From contig JABHNB010000005.1 of NCBI GenBank assembly GCA_018694115.1, positions 374 to 64,373 of the forward strand: a stretch of 64,000 nt of DNA, read 5' to 3'. The notes below the pieces were generated by a model that worked only from the letters and a program-made list of their open reading frames with translations, made no database searches and had not been told where the DNA came from. Shown piece after piece: positions 29,573 to 38,906 of this stretch; position 1 is the first letter of the stretch, and the number at the start of each line of letters is the position of its first letter. The position numbers were made by a program, and so were the translations under genes. Source of the DNA: an archaeon. Lineage in GTDB: Archaea; Nanobdellota; Nanobdellia; Pacearchaeales; GW2011-AR1.

Positions 29573-30079
29573 ATGAAAAAGGAAGTGAAACAGAACATTA
29601 CTTTCGCAATAATTATTTTAGCAGCAATTCTTCTACTTGCCTTTGCAGATTATATCGTCCTAGAAAAGATTTATCATCCCCTAAGCCAACAATTCAATAT
29701 CTCTTGGGATGTTTTTAGCGCGAACCCTTTCGGAGTGATTCTCCCAATGCAATGGTGGCATGTAGCATTTTTCACAATAGCCTTTGTAATGTTTGCCCTT
29801 CTTGGAGTCGCTGCAAAAAGTTGGAGACTTTGGCTATCCGGAACAATAATTTTTCTAACTGGGTGGGAAGACATTTTTTACTATCTAATTCAATTAAAAT
29901 GGCTTCCAAAAGAGCTTTCCTGGCTAGACGCCGCCCCGATGGGACTCTCGAGGTTCATAACACAATCTCCACATGTAACGAACGTTGGAGTAGTAATTTC
30001 AGCAATAATCGGACTAGCAGTCTCTGCAATGATTATCTTAAGATACAATCCAATAAAACTTTTCAGAAAAAAGAAATAA
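29573..30079 (+). CDS. hypothetical integral membrane protein
   Basis: 4-5 predicted TM segments. Confidence 0.4.
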   Translation: MKKEVKQNITFAIIILAAILLLAFADYIVLEKIYHPLSQQFNISWDVFSANPFGVILPMQWWHVAFFTIAFVMFALLGVAAKSWRLWLSGTIIFLTGWEDIFYYLIQLKWLPKELSWLDAAPMGLSRFITQSPHVTNVGVVISAIIGLAVSAMIILRYNPIKLFRKKK

Positions 30080-30082
30080 AAC

Positions 30083-30505
30083 TTATTCAATAGAAACAAC
30101 CTTAATCTTAAAGATCAAAACCTTTCCAGCCATTGGATGGTTCATATCAAGCGTAACTTCAGTCTCGCCGATCTTTTCAATCTTAGCAGGAATCTGTTGA
30201 CCATTCGGTAATGGGATTCCAATCATCATTCCTTCTTTTGCTTCTGCAGGAAATTTATCCTTTGGAACCTTCTGAATTGCTTCAGGGTTTAGCGGACCAT
30301 AAGCTTCTTCAGGTTGAAGAGTAACTTCTTTTTCCTCACCAACATTCATTCCAATAACTGCCTTATCAAATCCAGAAACAACCATTCCTTCACCTGCTGT
30401 AAATTCTAACGGCTCACCATGTTTTTCAGAAGCGTCAAAGACTGTTCCGTCTTCAAACTTACCTTCATAATCAACTTTGATTTTATTGCCTTTTTCAACT
30501 GCCAT
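30083..30505 (-). CDS. FKBP-type peptidyl-prolyl cis-trans isomerase (SlyD-like)
   Basis: KVDYEGKFEDGTVFDAS...EFTAGEGMVVSGFDKAVIGMNVGEEKEV FKBP signature. Confidence 0.75.
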   Translation of the reverse strand: MAVEKGNKIKVDYEGKFEDGTVFDASEKHGEPLEFTAGEGMVVSGFDKAVIGMNVGEEKEVTLQPEEAYGPLNPEAIQKVPKDKFPAEAKEGMMIGIPLPNGQQIPAKIEKIGETEVTLDMNHPMAGKVLIFKIKVVSIE

Positions 30506-30543
30506 GTTTTATTTTAAGAATTACCCTATTTAAGTTTATGCTA

Positions 30544-30990
30544 TCAATATCTTACTTTATCCATATCGACTTCACCAGTCCAGGGATCTATCTCATCATC
30601 TGTTGGAGGATTAGGGGCACCTGGACCAAAAGTTCTATGACAATAATCTGCTGAAGCAGAAGGCTGATCACATACAAACTTTCGTGCCGCAGCATGACAA
30701 CGATACCATGCTTGTGCCTCTGCACTATGCATACGTCTCTGGTCCGGACTACCTTCTCTGAAAAATCTCATTCTAGCAACGCTTATGTTGGTCGTTGCAG
30801 TATATTCTTCAAGAAGACTTTGATCTGTTTTTTTAGAAGAATCTCCATCTGCCAAAAGCCTATCGCACATTCCTGGTGCAAATCTTCGAAGACCTTCAAC
30901 AAAATCTATGCCAAGATTCTTCATAACTGTCTCGGCAGGAAGGCCTGTTGCTTCTACAACATATGCTATTTGTTTTTGACTTGAATCCAT
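30544..30990 (-). CDS. hypothetical protein
   Basis: 148-aa ORF. GC looks higher than its neighbours. No motif. Confidence 0.35.
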   Translation of the reverse strand: MDSSQKQIAYVVEATGLPAETVMKNLGIDFVEGLRRFAPGMCDRLLADGDSSKKTDQSLLEEYTATTNISVARMRFFREGSPDQRRMHSAEAQAWYRCHAAARKFVCDQPSASADYCHRTFGPGAPNPPTDDEIDPWTGEVDMDKVRY

Positions 30991-31039
30991 AAAAAATCAG
31001 ACAAAATTCATTATTTAAAGATATCTATACTCTAGGTTC

Positions 31040-31630
31040 TTATGCTTGCATCTCTTTGATTCGCTTAAGAGCTGCCCGAACATTCTTATTCAACTGCTTC
31101 ATAGAATCTACTAACTGGGCTTTATTCTTAGTCCCGGTACAAACCAATTTTCCATTTGAGAAAAGAAGGAAAGTCGCTGTTGGTTCTTCTAACTTATAGA
31201 CCAATCCAGGAAACTGCTCTGGCTCATATTCTGTATTCTCTAGTTCAAGAGCAAGAGTGTTCAAATTCAAATCAAGATTGATAGCACCAGATGCAACAAT
31301 ATTCTGAACGGTAATTTTCGGCTTAATTGTAACTTTAACTCCTACCTTCTTCAATTGTTTGATAACTTGCTGAATAACTTCACGAACTTGAGCAATCGAT
31401 TTAGTACCTGTACAAACTAAATTACCCGAACTAAAAACAAGAACTGCAGATTTAGGTTTTTTAACCCTCAAGACTAATCCCGGAAAAGTATCTGGGTTAT
31501 ATTCAGTATTTGGCTGAGTTCTAGCCAACTTTGTCAAAGAAACTTCCTTGTCCAATGATGTTGTCGCAACAATATTTTGAACCTTAAGCGTAGTATCTTT
31601 ACCAGAAGATTTTTTTTTCGCTACTGCCAT
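31040..31630 (-). CDS. tbp: TATA-box binding protein
   Basis: Two direct TBP repeats (IQNIVATTSLDKEVSLTKLA / VQNIVASGAINLDLNLNTLA). Confidence 0.85.
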   Translation of the reverse strand: MAVAKKKSSGKDTTLKVQNIVATTSLDKEVSLTKLARTQPNTEYNPDTFPGLVLRVKKPKSAVLVFSSGNLVCTGTKSIAQVREVIQQVIKQLKKVGVKVTIKPKITVQNIVASGAINLDLNLNTLALELENTEYEPEQFPGLVYKLEEPTATFLLFSNGKLVCTGTKNKAQLVDSMKQLNKNVRAALKRIKEMQA

Positions 31631-31686
31631 GCAATACTATCGAAAATTTCCTTTATAAAGGTTCCGAGGGGGAAATATTTCTAAAT

Positions 31687-33513
31687 TTAGCTCAAGTTCC
31701 CAGAATATCCCATCGGTTGGGTTGGTTGTGGCTGGGGGGCAGGTTGCACTTGCGCCTGTTGAAAAGGTTGTACCTGCTGAACCTGTTGTTCTTGTTGGGG
31801 AATTTGAGGGTCAGAAGGTGGGGGACTTTGTGGGGGACTTTCTTGGACCTGCCCTTCCGCACTCCCAGATTTTCTTTTACTTATAATAAGCCAGAGAATG
31901 ATAAGTGCAATAATTATCACTCCGAAGATTATTGCCAAGATAATTATTATCCAACGCCACAATCCTGATCCAGAACCCTCTTTACAAGTTTTACTTTCAG
32001 GAGATTTTCCATCATCTGTTCCGCAAGAATTAATATCTGTACATACTCTCGTTTGAGTTCCATTCTCTGAACATTCTTCAGGTTGCCAAGATGTACAATT
32101 CCAATCCGGAGTACAATAAGCACTACATGACTTAGTTAAATTAGGTTTTCCCAGATTAGTTCCACAAGAATTAATATCCTCACAAGTTCTTGTTTGTTGA
32201 CCATTAGAACATGGGGACCAAGATGTACAATTCCAATTTAGGGCACAACCATCCATATACTCGATAACTGCAGAATTATCTAATCCTGAAACCTTGAAAT
32301 GGGTTCCATTATTTTCTAGACTACATAAAATTTTTAATCCGGTGTGAGGACAACTGATCAATTCCTCATTTGATCCAGAACAATCCACACTCACTTCACC
32401 AATAGAATCAATTTCCTCATCTTTGATACAGATTTTATCCGAACTTGAATTTAATTTGTTAACCAAAATAGTTTTATCTACCTTGATGCCCCTAACTAGC
32501 AGATATCCTAGGTCTGCAGAAGATAATTGTTTTTGTACATATATTTTATCTAAGTTAAGAACCGATGAAAAGTCCCAGTCAAATTCTACCACCACATCAT
32601 TTCCAGATTTTAGCTCTACTTTTGTTTCTCCAAAATCCGAATAGTCTTTAGAAGAATTCCCCGAGGTTCCATTAATGTAAACTGCGAGAGTAACTCTTGA
32701 AGTATCCAGATCTGAAAAGTTTCCAATAACACTATCGTTACCATAATCACAGTACTCTGTTTCATTTGAAGGTTTACCAACTTCTGATCCGCAAGAATTA
32801 TCATCCACATAATATGTTGTTATTCTGTCATCTGATTGACAAGAATTATTTTGGGCAGTCCAATTAGCAGTACACGAGACTATTGGAGAAAGAGAGAAAA
32901 GATACCAGTCTGCAGAATAGTTTGCCATCCCAACACCTGCATGATACTTCAATTCAGAACCATCATTTGAATTCTCGTCAAATAAATAAACCAAAAAAGA
33001 TGATTCGGAAGCTTCTCCCCACAATGTCGGGGTGATTTTGAAAACTGAGTCAAATACGTCATACACCTCGGTTATCGTGATACTTCTATTTTGCAAATCT
33101 AGATCGATATCAAGGTCACCAATTATTTGCGTAATTTCCTCAGAAGAAATTTCGGTTATCGAAGTCATTTGATCCTTATACGCCTGTGTTGAGTTTGCTC
33201 TAAAAGCCTGTATCGCCACATTTCCTCCAATATCCTTTCCAGAAAGAAGGTAGATAAAATCTCCAACAACCTTATGCGCATAATAAGAGTTACACTTTTC
33301 GGATTCTGTAGAATTAATGATTACAGTAGTGCCCAAACTATTCTCCTCAAAAATTGAGTCCCATGTTGCCCTTATACTCTCATCAGAACAGTCGGCAGGG
33401 ATGGTGGGAGTAAAAACTGCATTTCCGGTAATAGAATTATTAGATAGCGAAAGCAAACTAAAAACAACTAGCGTTAGTACAATTGTTCCAAAAATCACTA
33501 TTCCTCTTTTCAT
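31687..33513 (-). CDS. cell-surface protein with signal peptide, Cys-rich repeat modules, C-terminal TM anchor and Gln/Pro-rich tail
   Basis: N-terminal signal/TM. Repeated C..SW.PCS.NGTQTR.C.DINSCGT..GK modules. TM helix (WRWIIIILAIIFGVIIIALIILWLII) then PQ-rich tail. Confidence 0.55.
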   Translation of the reverse strand: MKRGIVIFGTIVLTLVVFSLLSLSNNSITGNAVFTPTIPADCSDESIRATWDSIFEENSLGTTVIINSTESEKCNSYYAHKVVGDFIYLLSGKDIGGNVAIQAFRANSTQAYKDQMTSITEISSEEITQIIGDLDIDLDLQNRSITITEVYDVFDSVFKITPTLWGEASESSFLVYLFDENSNDGSELKYHAGVGMANYSADWYLFSLSPIVSCTANWTAQNNSCQSDDRITTYYVDDNSCGSEVGKPSNETEYCDYGNDSVIGNFSDLDTSRVTLAVYINGTSGNSSKDYSDFGETKVELKSGNDVVVEFDWDFSSVLNLDKIYVQKQLSSADLGYLLVRGIKVDKTILVNKLNSSSDKICIKDEEIDSIGEVSVDCSGSNEELISCPHTGLKILCSLENNGTHFKVSGLDNSAVIEYMDGCALNWNCTSWSPCSNGQQTRTCEDINSCGTNLGKPNLTKSCSAYCTPDWNCTSWQPEECSENGTQTRVCTDINSCGTDDGKSPESKTCKEGSGSGLWRWIIIILAIIFGVIIIALIILWLIISKRKSGSAEGQVQESPPQSPPPSDPQIPQQEQQVQQVQPFQQAQVQPAPQPQPTQPMGYSGNLS

Positions 33514-33550
33514 TATCTATCAATAATATCTAGATTTATAATATTACCTC

Positions 33551-35251
33551 TTATTTCTCCGCTTCACTTTCAATTTCTTTAAGCGTTGCAATATCTCCTT
33601 TTCCTCTATCCGGCCTCAATCTCAAAATTCTTGGAAACCTCAAGGCATAACCACTTGAATATGTTGGAGATTTTTGAATATTCTGATACTGAACACTAAC
33701 CACGATTTCAGGTTCAACAGAAATCTTCCTTCCACCTTCAGAAAGAACTAACTTCTTCAACATTTCAGTCATTTCATCAAATGATAGTCCCTCTTCTCGC
33801 TTTTCCTTCAATCCTGTAGAAACTTTACCCATGTCTAGTAATTCTCCACCCTTACCCAAACAAGAAACATCAAAACTAGTTAGCCATCCTGCCCGCTTAC
33901 CAGTCCCCCATTCTGCCCCCGTAATTACCAAATCAAAATCTTTATCCTCTGGCTTCAGCTTTACTGCGTGTCCAATCCGCGCTCCAGGCTTGTAGGGGGC
34001 AGATAAACTCTTCGCCATCAAACCTTCCTGGCCTTCCTCAAGGGCTTTTGCATAGAAAGTTTCAACTTCCTTCGCATCTTCTGAGATAATTTGATCTGCC
34101 AAGGTAATCTTAAATTTCTCTTGACGAACGATCTTTTCAATTAATTCCCGTCTATTTCCAAACTCTTCTCCAATCAATGAATTTCCATCATGAAAGATAA
34201 TATCAAAAACAACTAATTCAATTGGAAGCTCCTTCACTAATCTTTCAATGTGGTGCTTTCTTCTAATCCTTTGAGAGATCGCCTGAAATGCCTGATAAAT
34301 CTTTGTCTTTGAATCATACCCTACCGCCTCACAGTCGATAATGAAACTCTTTGCATTAACATTATTTTTTACAAACTCCACAATATCTGGGAACTGCCGA
34401 GTCACATCATCTAACCGGCGAGTAAAAATCTTAATTTCTCCCCCATCATCCTTGTTAATCATAACTCTGAACCCATCATACTTGTATTCAAACGCGGCAG
34501 GCTTCCCAACTATTCTAAACGCATCTTCAACCCCTGCAGCCTTGGGGAATAACATAACCTTAACAGGTTTTCCTGGAGATAGAACAATATCATCCAATTT
34601 TCTCTTACAGGCCTTTTCGAAAACTTCCGCAAAATCAGTAGCCTTATCATAAGCTGCCTGCACGGCTTCTTTAGCTTCTTTCTTTTCGTCCAGATCTCCC
34701 TGAGGATCAAAACAATGTTCAACAATGGCATCCCTCAACAATCCATTCCCAACGCCAACCTTCAAATCACTAAGAACCGTTCTAACAATGTATCTCGCTT
34801 CGATGGGGGAAGCAGAATTCAATAATTCAACAACATATCCAATTTTCCGATCAACAGTTCCTGCCCCAACTAATGTTGGCAACTTCCGAACATTCTGCAA
34901 AACTTTCTCAACTGTTAACTTTTTAGAAAATAACGCAGTTTGTTGTTTCTTTTTCCCAACCAGTGACTCGGCAACCTTTCCTAAATCTCCGATATCCCTA
35001 AATTCATCAACAACTTCCTTATCCCCAAGCCCTGTCGCACGAGAAATCGCACGAATTACCAATTGCAAACTCATTCCCAACTCATTTTTATCATAATCTG
35101 CAAAAGCCTTTCCCTGAAGAAGATAAATCAAGTCATATTCCCCGCTCTTTGCAATCTCCGCAAGAAAATCAGCAAGTATCGCAGTTTTCTCAAGCCCCTT
35201 GCTAGTTCCCTCTAATGCCTGATAAACCGAACATAATTTCGAATAATCCAT
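33551..35251 (-). CDS. lig: ATP-dependent DNA ligase
   Basis: KYDGFR adenylation motif. The ~566-aa size is typical of archaeal ligases. Confidence 0.85.
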   Translation of the reverse strand: MDYSKLCSVYQALEGTSKGLEKTAILADFLAEIAKSGEYDLIYLLQGKAFADYDKNELGMSLQLVIRAISRATGLGDKEVVDEFRDIGDLGKVAESLVGKKKQQTALFSKKLTVEKVLQNVRKLPTLVGAGTVDRKIGYVVELLNSASPIEARYIVRTVLSDLKVGVGNGLLRDAIVEHCFDPQGDLDEKKEAKEAVQAAYDKATDFAEVFEKACKRKLDDIVLSPGKPVKVMLFPKAAGVEDAFRIVGKPAAFEYKYDGFRVMINKDDGGEIKIFTRRLDDVTRQFPDIVEFVKNNVNAKSFIIDCEAVGYDSKTKIYQAFQAISQRIRRKHHIERLVKELPIELVVFDIIFHDGNSLIGEEFGNRRELIEKIVRQEKFKITLADQIISEDAKEVETFYAKALEEGQEGLMAKSLSAPYKPGARIGHAVKLKPEDKDFDLVITGAEWGTGKRAGWLTSFDVSCLGKGGELLDMGKVSTGLKEKREEGLSFDEMTEMLKKLVLSEGGRKISVEPEIVVSVQYQNIQKSPTYSSGYALRFPRILRLRPDRGKGDIATLKEIESEAEK

Positions 35252-35312
35252 ATTGTAATAAAAAAAAAGAAGTTTTTATACTTAATCTCGAGAGAGTTCA
35301 CCCAGAATCTTA

Positions 35313-35792
35313 CTATTCATCATCTTCGTTTATTCTCATGCCAAATCTCTCTTCTAATCTACCAATATAATCTCCATAACACGCAGTACTATATTTCCCA
35401 CCACCAAATATATCTCTAAGTTTTTCCATGGGCATATGCCCCTTATCCGCCATGTAAAGAGCAAAGAGTGCAGCGGGATGGTCCTGGAGAACTTCTCTAG
35501 CAACATAGTCTAATGCCTCTTTATCTCCCTTCTGAAATATGTCTATAGAATTAGATTCACTCCCAATTTCCCTCTCTGCGTCAAAACTTCCATCCAAGAT
35601 TTTCTCTCCAACCCAATCAATAATATCACACGGATAATATGCAGGTCTGCAAAAAGATTCCATTGCGATTGTCGCAAGGTCGCTAATCACCTGAGCCTTA
35701 TTTTCAGGGTCCGCACAATACTCATCAAGATTTATTCCCTCTCCCATAAATTTTACAATGCCCCCATATTTATAAATATTTATGTGGTCCAA
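35313..35792 (-). CDS. hypothetical protein
   Basis: 159-aa ORF downstream of the paralog pair. Confidence 0.35.
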   Translation of the reverse strand: MDHINIYKYGGIVKFMGEGINLDEYCADPENKAQVISDLATIAMESFCRPAYYPCDIIDWVGEKILDGSFDAEREIGSESNSIDIFQKGDKEALDYVAREVLQDHPAALFALYMADKGHMPMEKLRDIFGGGKYSTACYGDYIGRLEERFGMRINEDDE

Positions 35793-36326
35793 TCATTCCC
35801 GAACTTGCAGAACCTTATTACTCTGGTAGAAATCTTCCACTGAATTAATATCCCACCAACCAGCTAAATGGGGAACAACGATCAGTTGAGGATCATGAAA
35901 TGGAACTCTGCCGGGGGTGAGAACTTTTCCAAAAGGTTCGGCCTTACTTCTGATCTGAACAAGTTCACTTCCTTCAAACTCCCAACCCCTTCGCACAAAT
36001 ACATTTCTTATTGCAATATCTTGGATATGTGTCGCAACATTATTTTGAATTGAGTAGTCTAAACCAGATTCCCGATCAGATTCATCAATATCATAAACAT
36101 CTAAGGCCGTATCTCTTAATTGGGCCCATAGTGTCTCCCTTCTGATAGAATCCTGTAAATATGATTCCTCAAATAATTTACATACTTCTGGAAATTGAAT
36201 AAATCCCTCGGCATGTTTATGGACAATCCTCCAATTAGACTTGCCATATTCAGAATCATATCCCGCAATTATCTCTGCCTTTTTATCTCCGAAAACTCCG
36301 GGCCTCTCAATATTTTTCCAACCCAT
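35793..36326 (-). CDS. hypothetical protein, tandem paralog A (MGW..IERPG family)
   Basis: Internal start at MGWKNIERPG (the track ORF extends to 36386 and would overlap paralog B). Confidence 0.45.
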   Translation of the reverse strand: MGWKNIERPGVFGDKKAEIIAGYDSEYGKSNWRIVHKHAEGFIQFPEVCKLFEESYLQDSIRRETLWAQLRDTALDVYDIDESDRESGLDYSIQNNVATHIQDIAIRNVFVRRGWEFEGSELVQIRSKAEPFGKVLTPGRVPFHDPQLIVVPHLAGWWDINSVEDFYQSNKVLQVRE

Positions 36327-36327
36327 T

Positions 36328-36882
36328 TTATTTCCAAACCTGAAGAACTTTATTCCTTTGATAGAAATCTTCAATAGTCTTCTCATACCACCAAGTCCCC
36401 TTTCCGCCGTAATCTTTTACTTCTCCAGGAACTATAAGTTCTGGCATATGGAATGGAACAACTCCCGGATTTAGCATCATTCCATCACTCCCTAACCATC
36501 TTATATGCAATAAATCTTCTCCTTGAAATTCCTTTCCAAGTCTTGCCACGGATTTTCTCACGGCAATATCATGAATATGCTTATTTGGTGTTTCTTGGCG
36601 AGTATAATCAAACTTAGACTTAACATTTGAGGTGGCAGTATCATAGACATCTGAATAAGAAGAAACCAGCCATTCCAATATATCCAAATTCTTCTTAAAA
36701 AATTCACAATACCCATCTTCGTAAAGTTGGATTGCAAATTCTCTAGAAACAATCTCATTATTCCATTGATATGTGAGCCTCCAATTATTCTTTCCAAATT
36801 GCTCATTCCAATTACTAACAACCTCGTCTCTCTTTTTTCCAAGATATCCTGGACGCTCAATAGTTTCCCACCCCATAACCAA
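36328..36882 (-). CDS. hypothetical protein, tandem paralog B (MGW..IERPG family)
   Basis: MGWETIERPGYLGKK...GVVPFHMPELIV...FYQRNKVLQVWK, collinear with paralog A. Confidence 0.45.
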   Translation of the reverse strand: MVMGWETIERPGYLGKKRDEVVSNWNEQFGKNNWRLTYQWNNEIVSREFAIQLYEDGYCEFFKKNLDILEWLVSSYSDVYDTATSNVKSKFDYTRQETPNKHIHDIAVRKSVARLGKEFQGEDLLHIRWLGSDGMMLNPGVVPFHMPELIVPGEVKDYGGKGTWWYEKTIEDFYQRNKVLQVWK

Positions 36883-36999
36883 AATAAATTTATCTTCCTT
36901 TATAATATTTTATATCTTAGAGTTAACACCGCTCCAGGCCCACCAGGGTCATGTCGTTTGAGACCAAACTTTTATAAAACAAAAGTAATTGAATAACTC

Positions 37000-37323
37000 A
37001 TGGAAATCGAAACATCTGACGCAACATTTCAACAAGACGTTATTGAAAAATCAAAAACGACCCCAGTTCTTGTAGACTTTTGGGCAAGCTGGTGCGGACC
37101 TTGTGTAATGCTTAAACCAATCTTAGAAAAGGTTGCAGCAGATTATGAAGGCAAATTCATTCTAGCAAAGATGGACGTCGAGAAGAACCAAGAAGTCCCT
37201 CCAAAATATAATATCATGTCGATCCCGGCAGTAAAACTTTTCAAGAACGGAGAGGTTATCGACGAGTTCGTCGGTGCACAACCAGAAGCAACTATTCGAG
37301 AGTGGCTTGATCAGAAGTTATAA
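37000..37323 (+). CDS. trxA: thioredoxin
   Basis: WASWCGPC active site; 107 aa. Confidence 0.8.
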   Translation: MEIETSDATFQQDVIEKSKTTPVLVDFWASWCGPCVMLKPILEKVAADYEGKFILAKMDVEKNQEVPPKYNIMSIPAVKLFKNGEVIDEFVGAQPEATIREWLDQKL

Positions 37324-37503
37324 TTAATCTTCCCCATTCCACCAATCTGTCCTAAGCCTATAATCAATTTTATTTCTTCCTTCTCCACGATTTGTTTGAT
37401 AATATGGAATAGTCCTTCCTGATTGAATATGTCTTGGATGACGCAGACGTCTCCTTAATGCAAGATTCTTTCTACTAGAATAACGACGTTCACCACTTTT
37501 CAT
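37324..37503 (-). CDS. small Arg-rich basic protein (59 aa), not in ORF track
   Basis: Reverse-strand ORF MKSGERRYSSRKNLALRRRLRHPRHIQSGRTIPYYQTNRGEGRNKIDYRLRTDWWNGED. Its start lies ~4 nt after the eL15 stop. Coordinates are approximate. Confidence 0.25.
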   Translation of the reverse strand: MKSGERRYSSRKNLALRRRLRHPRHIQSGRTIPYYQTNRGEGRNKIDYRLRTDWWNGED

Positions 37504-37506
37504 TAA

Positions 37507-38073
37507 TTAGTTTCCTCTTCGTCTGTTTGCTCTCAAACTAGGTCTAACCTTCGGAGCTTTAACAGGAGAGTTTCTTAATCCTCTTGCCTTTCGAGAAGTT
37601 GAGGTTATTGCCCTCAAGGATCTTCCCTTTGGTGCTTTAACAAGCGGACCTAATTGCTTATCGTTCTTAATCTCTGGAGAAGCTCTATCAACAAGAATAA
37701 CTTCATAGAAATAATGTAGTCCATCCTTTCCAATGTTATAAGAATTCAAAACTTCCATGTTTGTAAACTTTCTAGCAACTCTCTGCTCTGCAATCTCTTT
37801 ATAGTTCAATCTTAGATTCTTTCTAATATGTAATCTCTTAGTTCTTCTAGCTTTATTTGGTCTGGATCTCTTATGTCCACCACGCTTTAATCTAACTCTT
37901 ACTACAACAACACCCTTCTTTGCCTTATATCCTAGTGCTCGTGCCCTGTCTAATCTAAGTGGCTTCTCTACCTTTACAATCGTGTTCCCCTTACGCCACT
38001 CAATCATCCTTGCTCTAAGTGTCTTTACGTCTGGCTTTTTCCAAGCCTCTCTAAGATATTTTGTTATTCCCAT
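37507..38073 (-). CDS. rpl15e: ribosomal protein eL15
   Basis: LGYKAKKGVVVVRVRLKRGGHKRSRPNKARR...VLNSYNIG..GLHYFYEVILVD matches eL15. Confidence 0.8.
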   Translation of the reverse strand: MGITKYLREAWKKPDVKTLRARMIEWRKGNTIVKVEKPLRLDRARALGYKAKKGVVVVRVRLKRGGHKRSRPNKARRTKRLHIRKNLRLNYKEIAEQRVARKFTNMEVLNSYNIGKDGLHYFYEVILVDRASPEIKNDKQLGPLVKAPKGRSLRAITSTSRKARGLRNSPVKAPKVRPSLRANRRRGN

Positions 38074-38136
38074 GTTCTATTCTCGAAATTTCGGTTTTTA
38101 AATCTAAGTATTGCTACTTTTGGATTTAAATTCCAA

Positions 38137-38210
38137 TGAGCCTGCTGGGATTTGAACCCAGGACCCCCGCCTTATCAGAGCGATGCGCTACCTGACTGCG
38201 CTACAGGCTC
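38137..38210 (-). tRNA. tRNA-Ile (anticodon GAU)
   Basis: Reverse complement folds as a cloverleaf. Acceptor GAGCCUG/CAGGCUC, D-arm GCGC/GCGC, anticodon loop CUGAUAA, T-arm CUGGG-UUCAAAU-CCCAG, discriminator A. Coordinates +/-2. Confidence 0.75.
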
Positions 38211-38242
38211 GTAACTATTAACCGAAATATTGATTTATAAAA

Positions 38243-38866
38243 CTAACCTTTCAACTCAAGAAACACTTTTTCATCCCTAACTTCATATCCAATCACCTCG
38301 ATCGTCATGGGGATAATTTTAACATAACATTTATCGGAGGAGTATGCTCGGATTTCCAATCCCTGCTCCAATTTTGTAACAACAACGTCTTTCTTAGAAT
38401 GAACTCCTGGTGTTGAGATTTCATAGATGATGCTATCTGCAAGTCTCCGGACCCTAGATTCCGCATCTTTCCGAGGAAGTCCTGCACGCCTTTCTGCCTC
38501 TTCTTCAGAAATATCTTCAACAAGAACTGGCTCTTTTTCTACTGGCTTCTGAACCATCTGCTTAACTTGGGGTTTCCCCGTAGAAACATGAATTTTAAAT
38601 CCCTTTGGGATTCCATTCGGAGATTCGCCCACATTTCCTAATTGCTTTTCTAACTGATTAACTAATGTTTCAACGATTCTTCCCATTCCCAATGGAAGTC
38701 CTGCTCCGACGTTACTCAATTGTTTTCCAACGACGTTATCATCTCGCCCAAGCATTCCAAAATTCTCTTGTTCTTTCTTTGCCTTAATGGATTCACCACA
38801 CCACGGACAATAACCAAACTTCCTATCAATCTTCTTCGCGCACGAGGGACATTTCTTTTTTAACAT
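38243..38866 (-). CDS. Zn-ribbon + alpha-crystallin (Hsp20-like) domain protein
   Basis: N-terminal CPSC...CPWC. The C-terminal ~90 aa (IIYEISTPGVHSKKDVVVTKLEQGLEIRA...) fit an ACD beta-sandwich pattern. Confidence 0.4.
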   Translation of the reverse strand: MLKKKCPSCAKKIDRKFGYCPWCGESIKAKKEQENFGMLGRDDNVVGKQLSNVGAGLPLGMGRIVETLVNQLEKQLGNVGESPNGIPKGFKIHVSTGKPQVKQMVQKPVEKEPVLVEDISEEEAERRAGLPRKDAESRVRRLADSIIYEISTPGVHSKKDVVVTKLEQGLEIRAYSSDKCYVKIIPMTIEVIGYEVRDEKVFLELKG

Positions 38867-38906
38867 ATTTTATTGAGACAAAATTTACTTTTAAACTTTT
38901 ACATGA

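Noticed and set aside
36883-36999. Small structured RNA in the 117-bp gap upstream of trxA (ccgctccaggcccaccagggtcatgtcg...)
   Set aside because: Only a short imperfect inverted repeat. I found no recognisable RNA family features, and it is more likely promoter or UTR.
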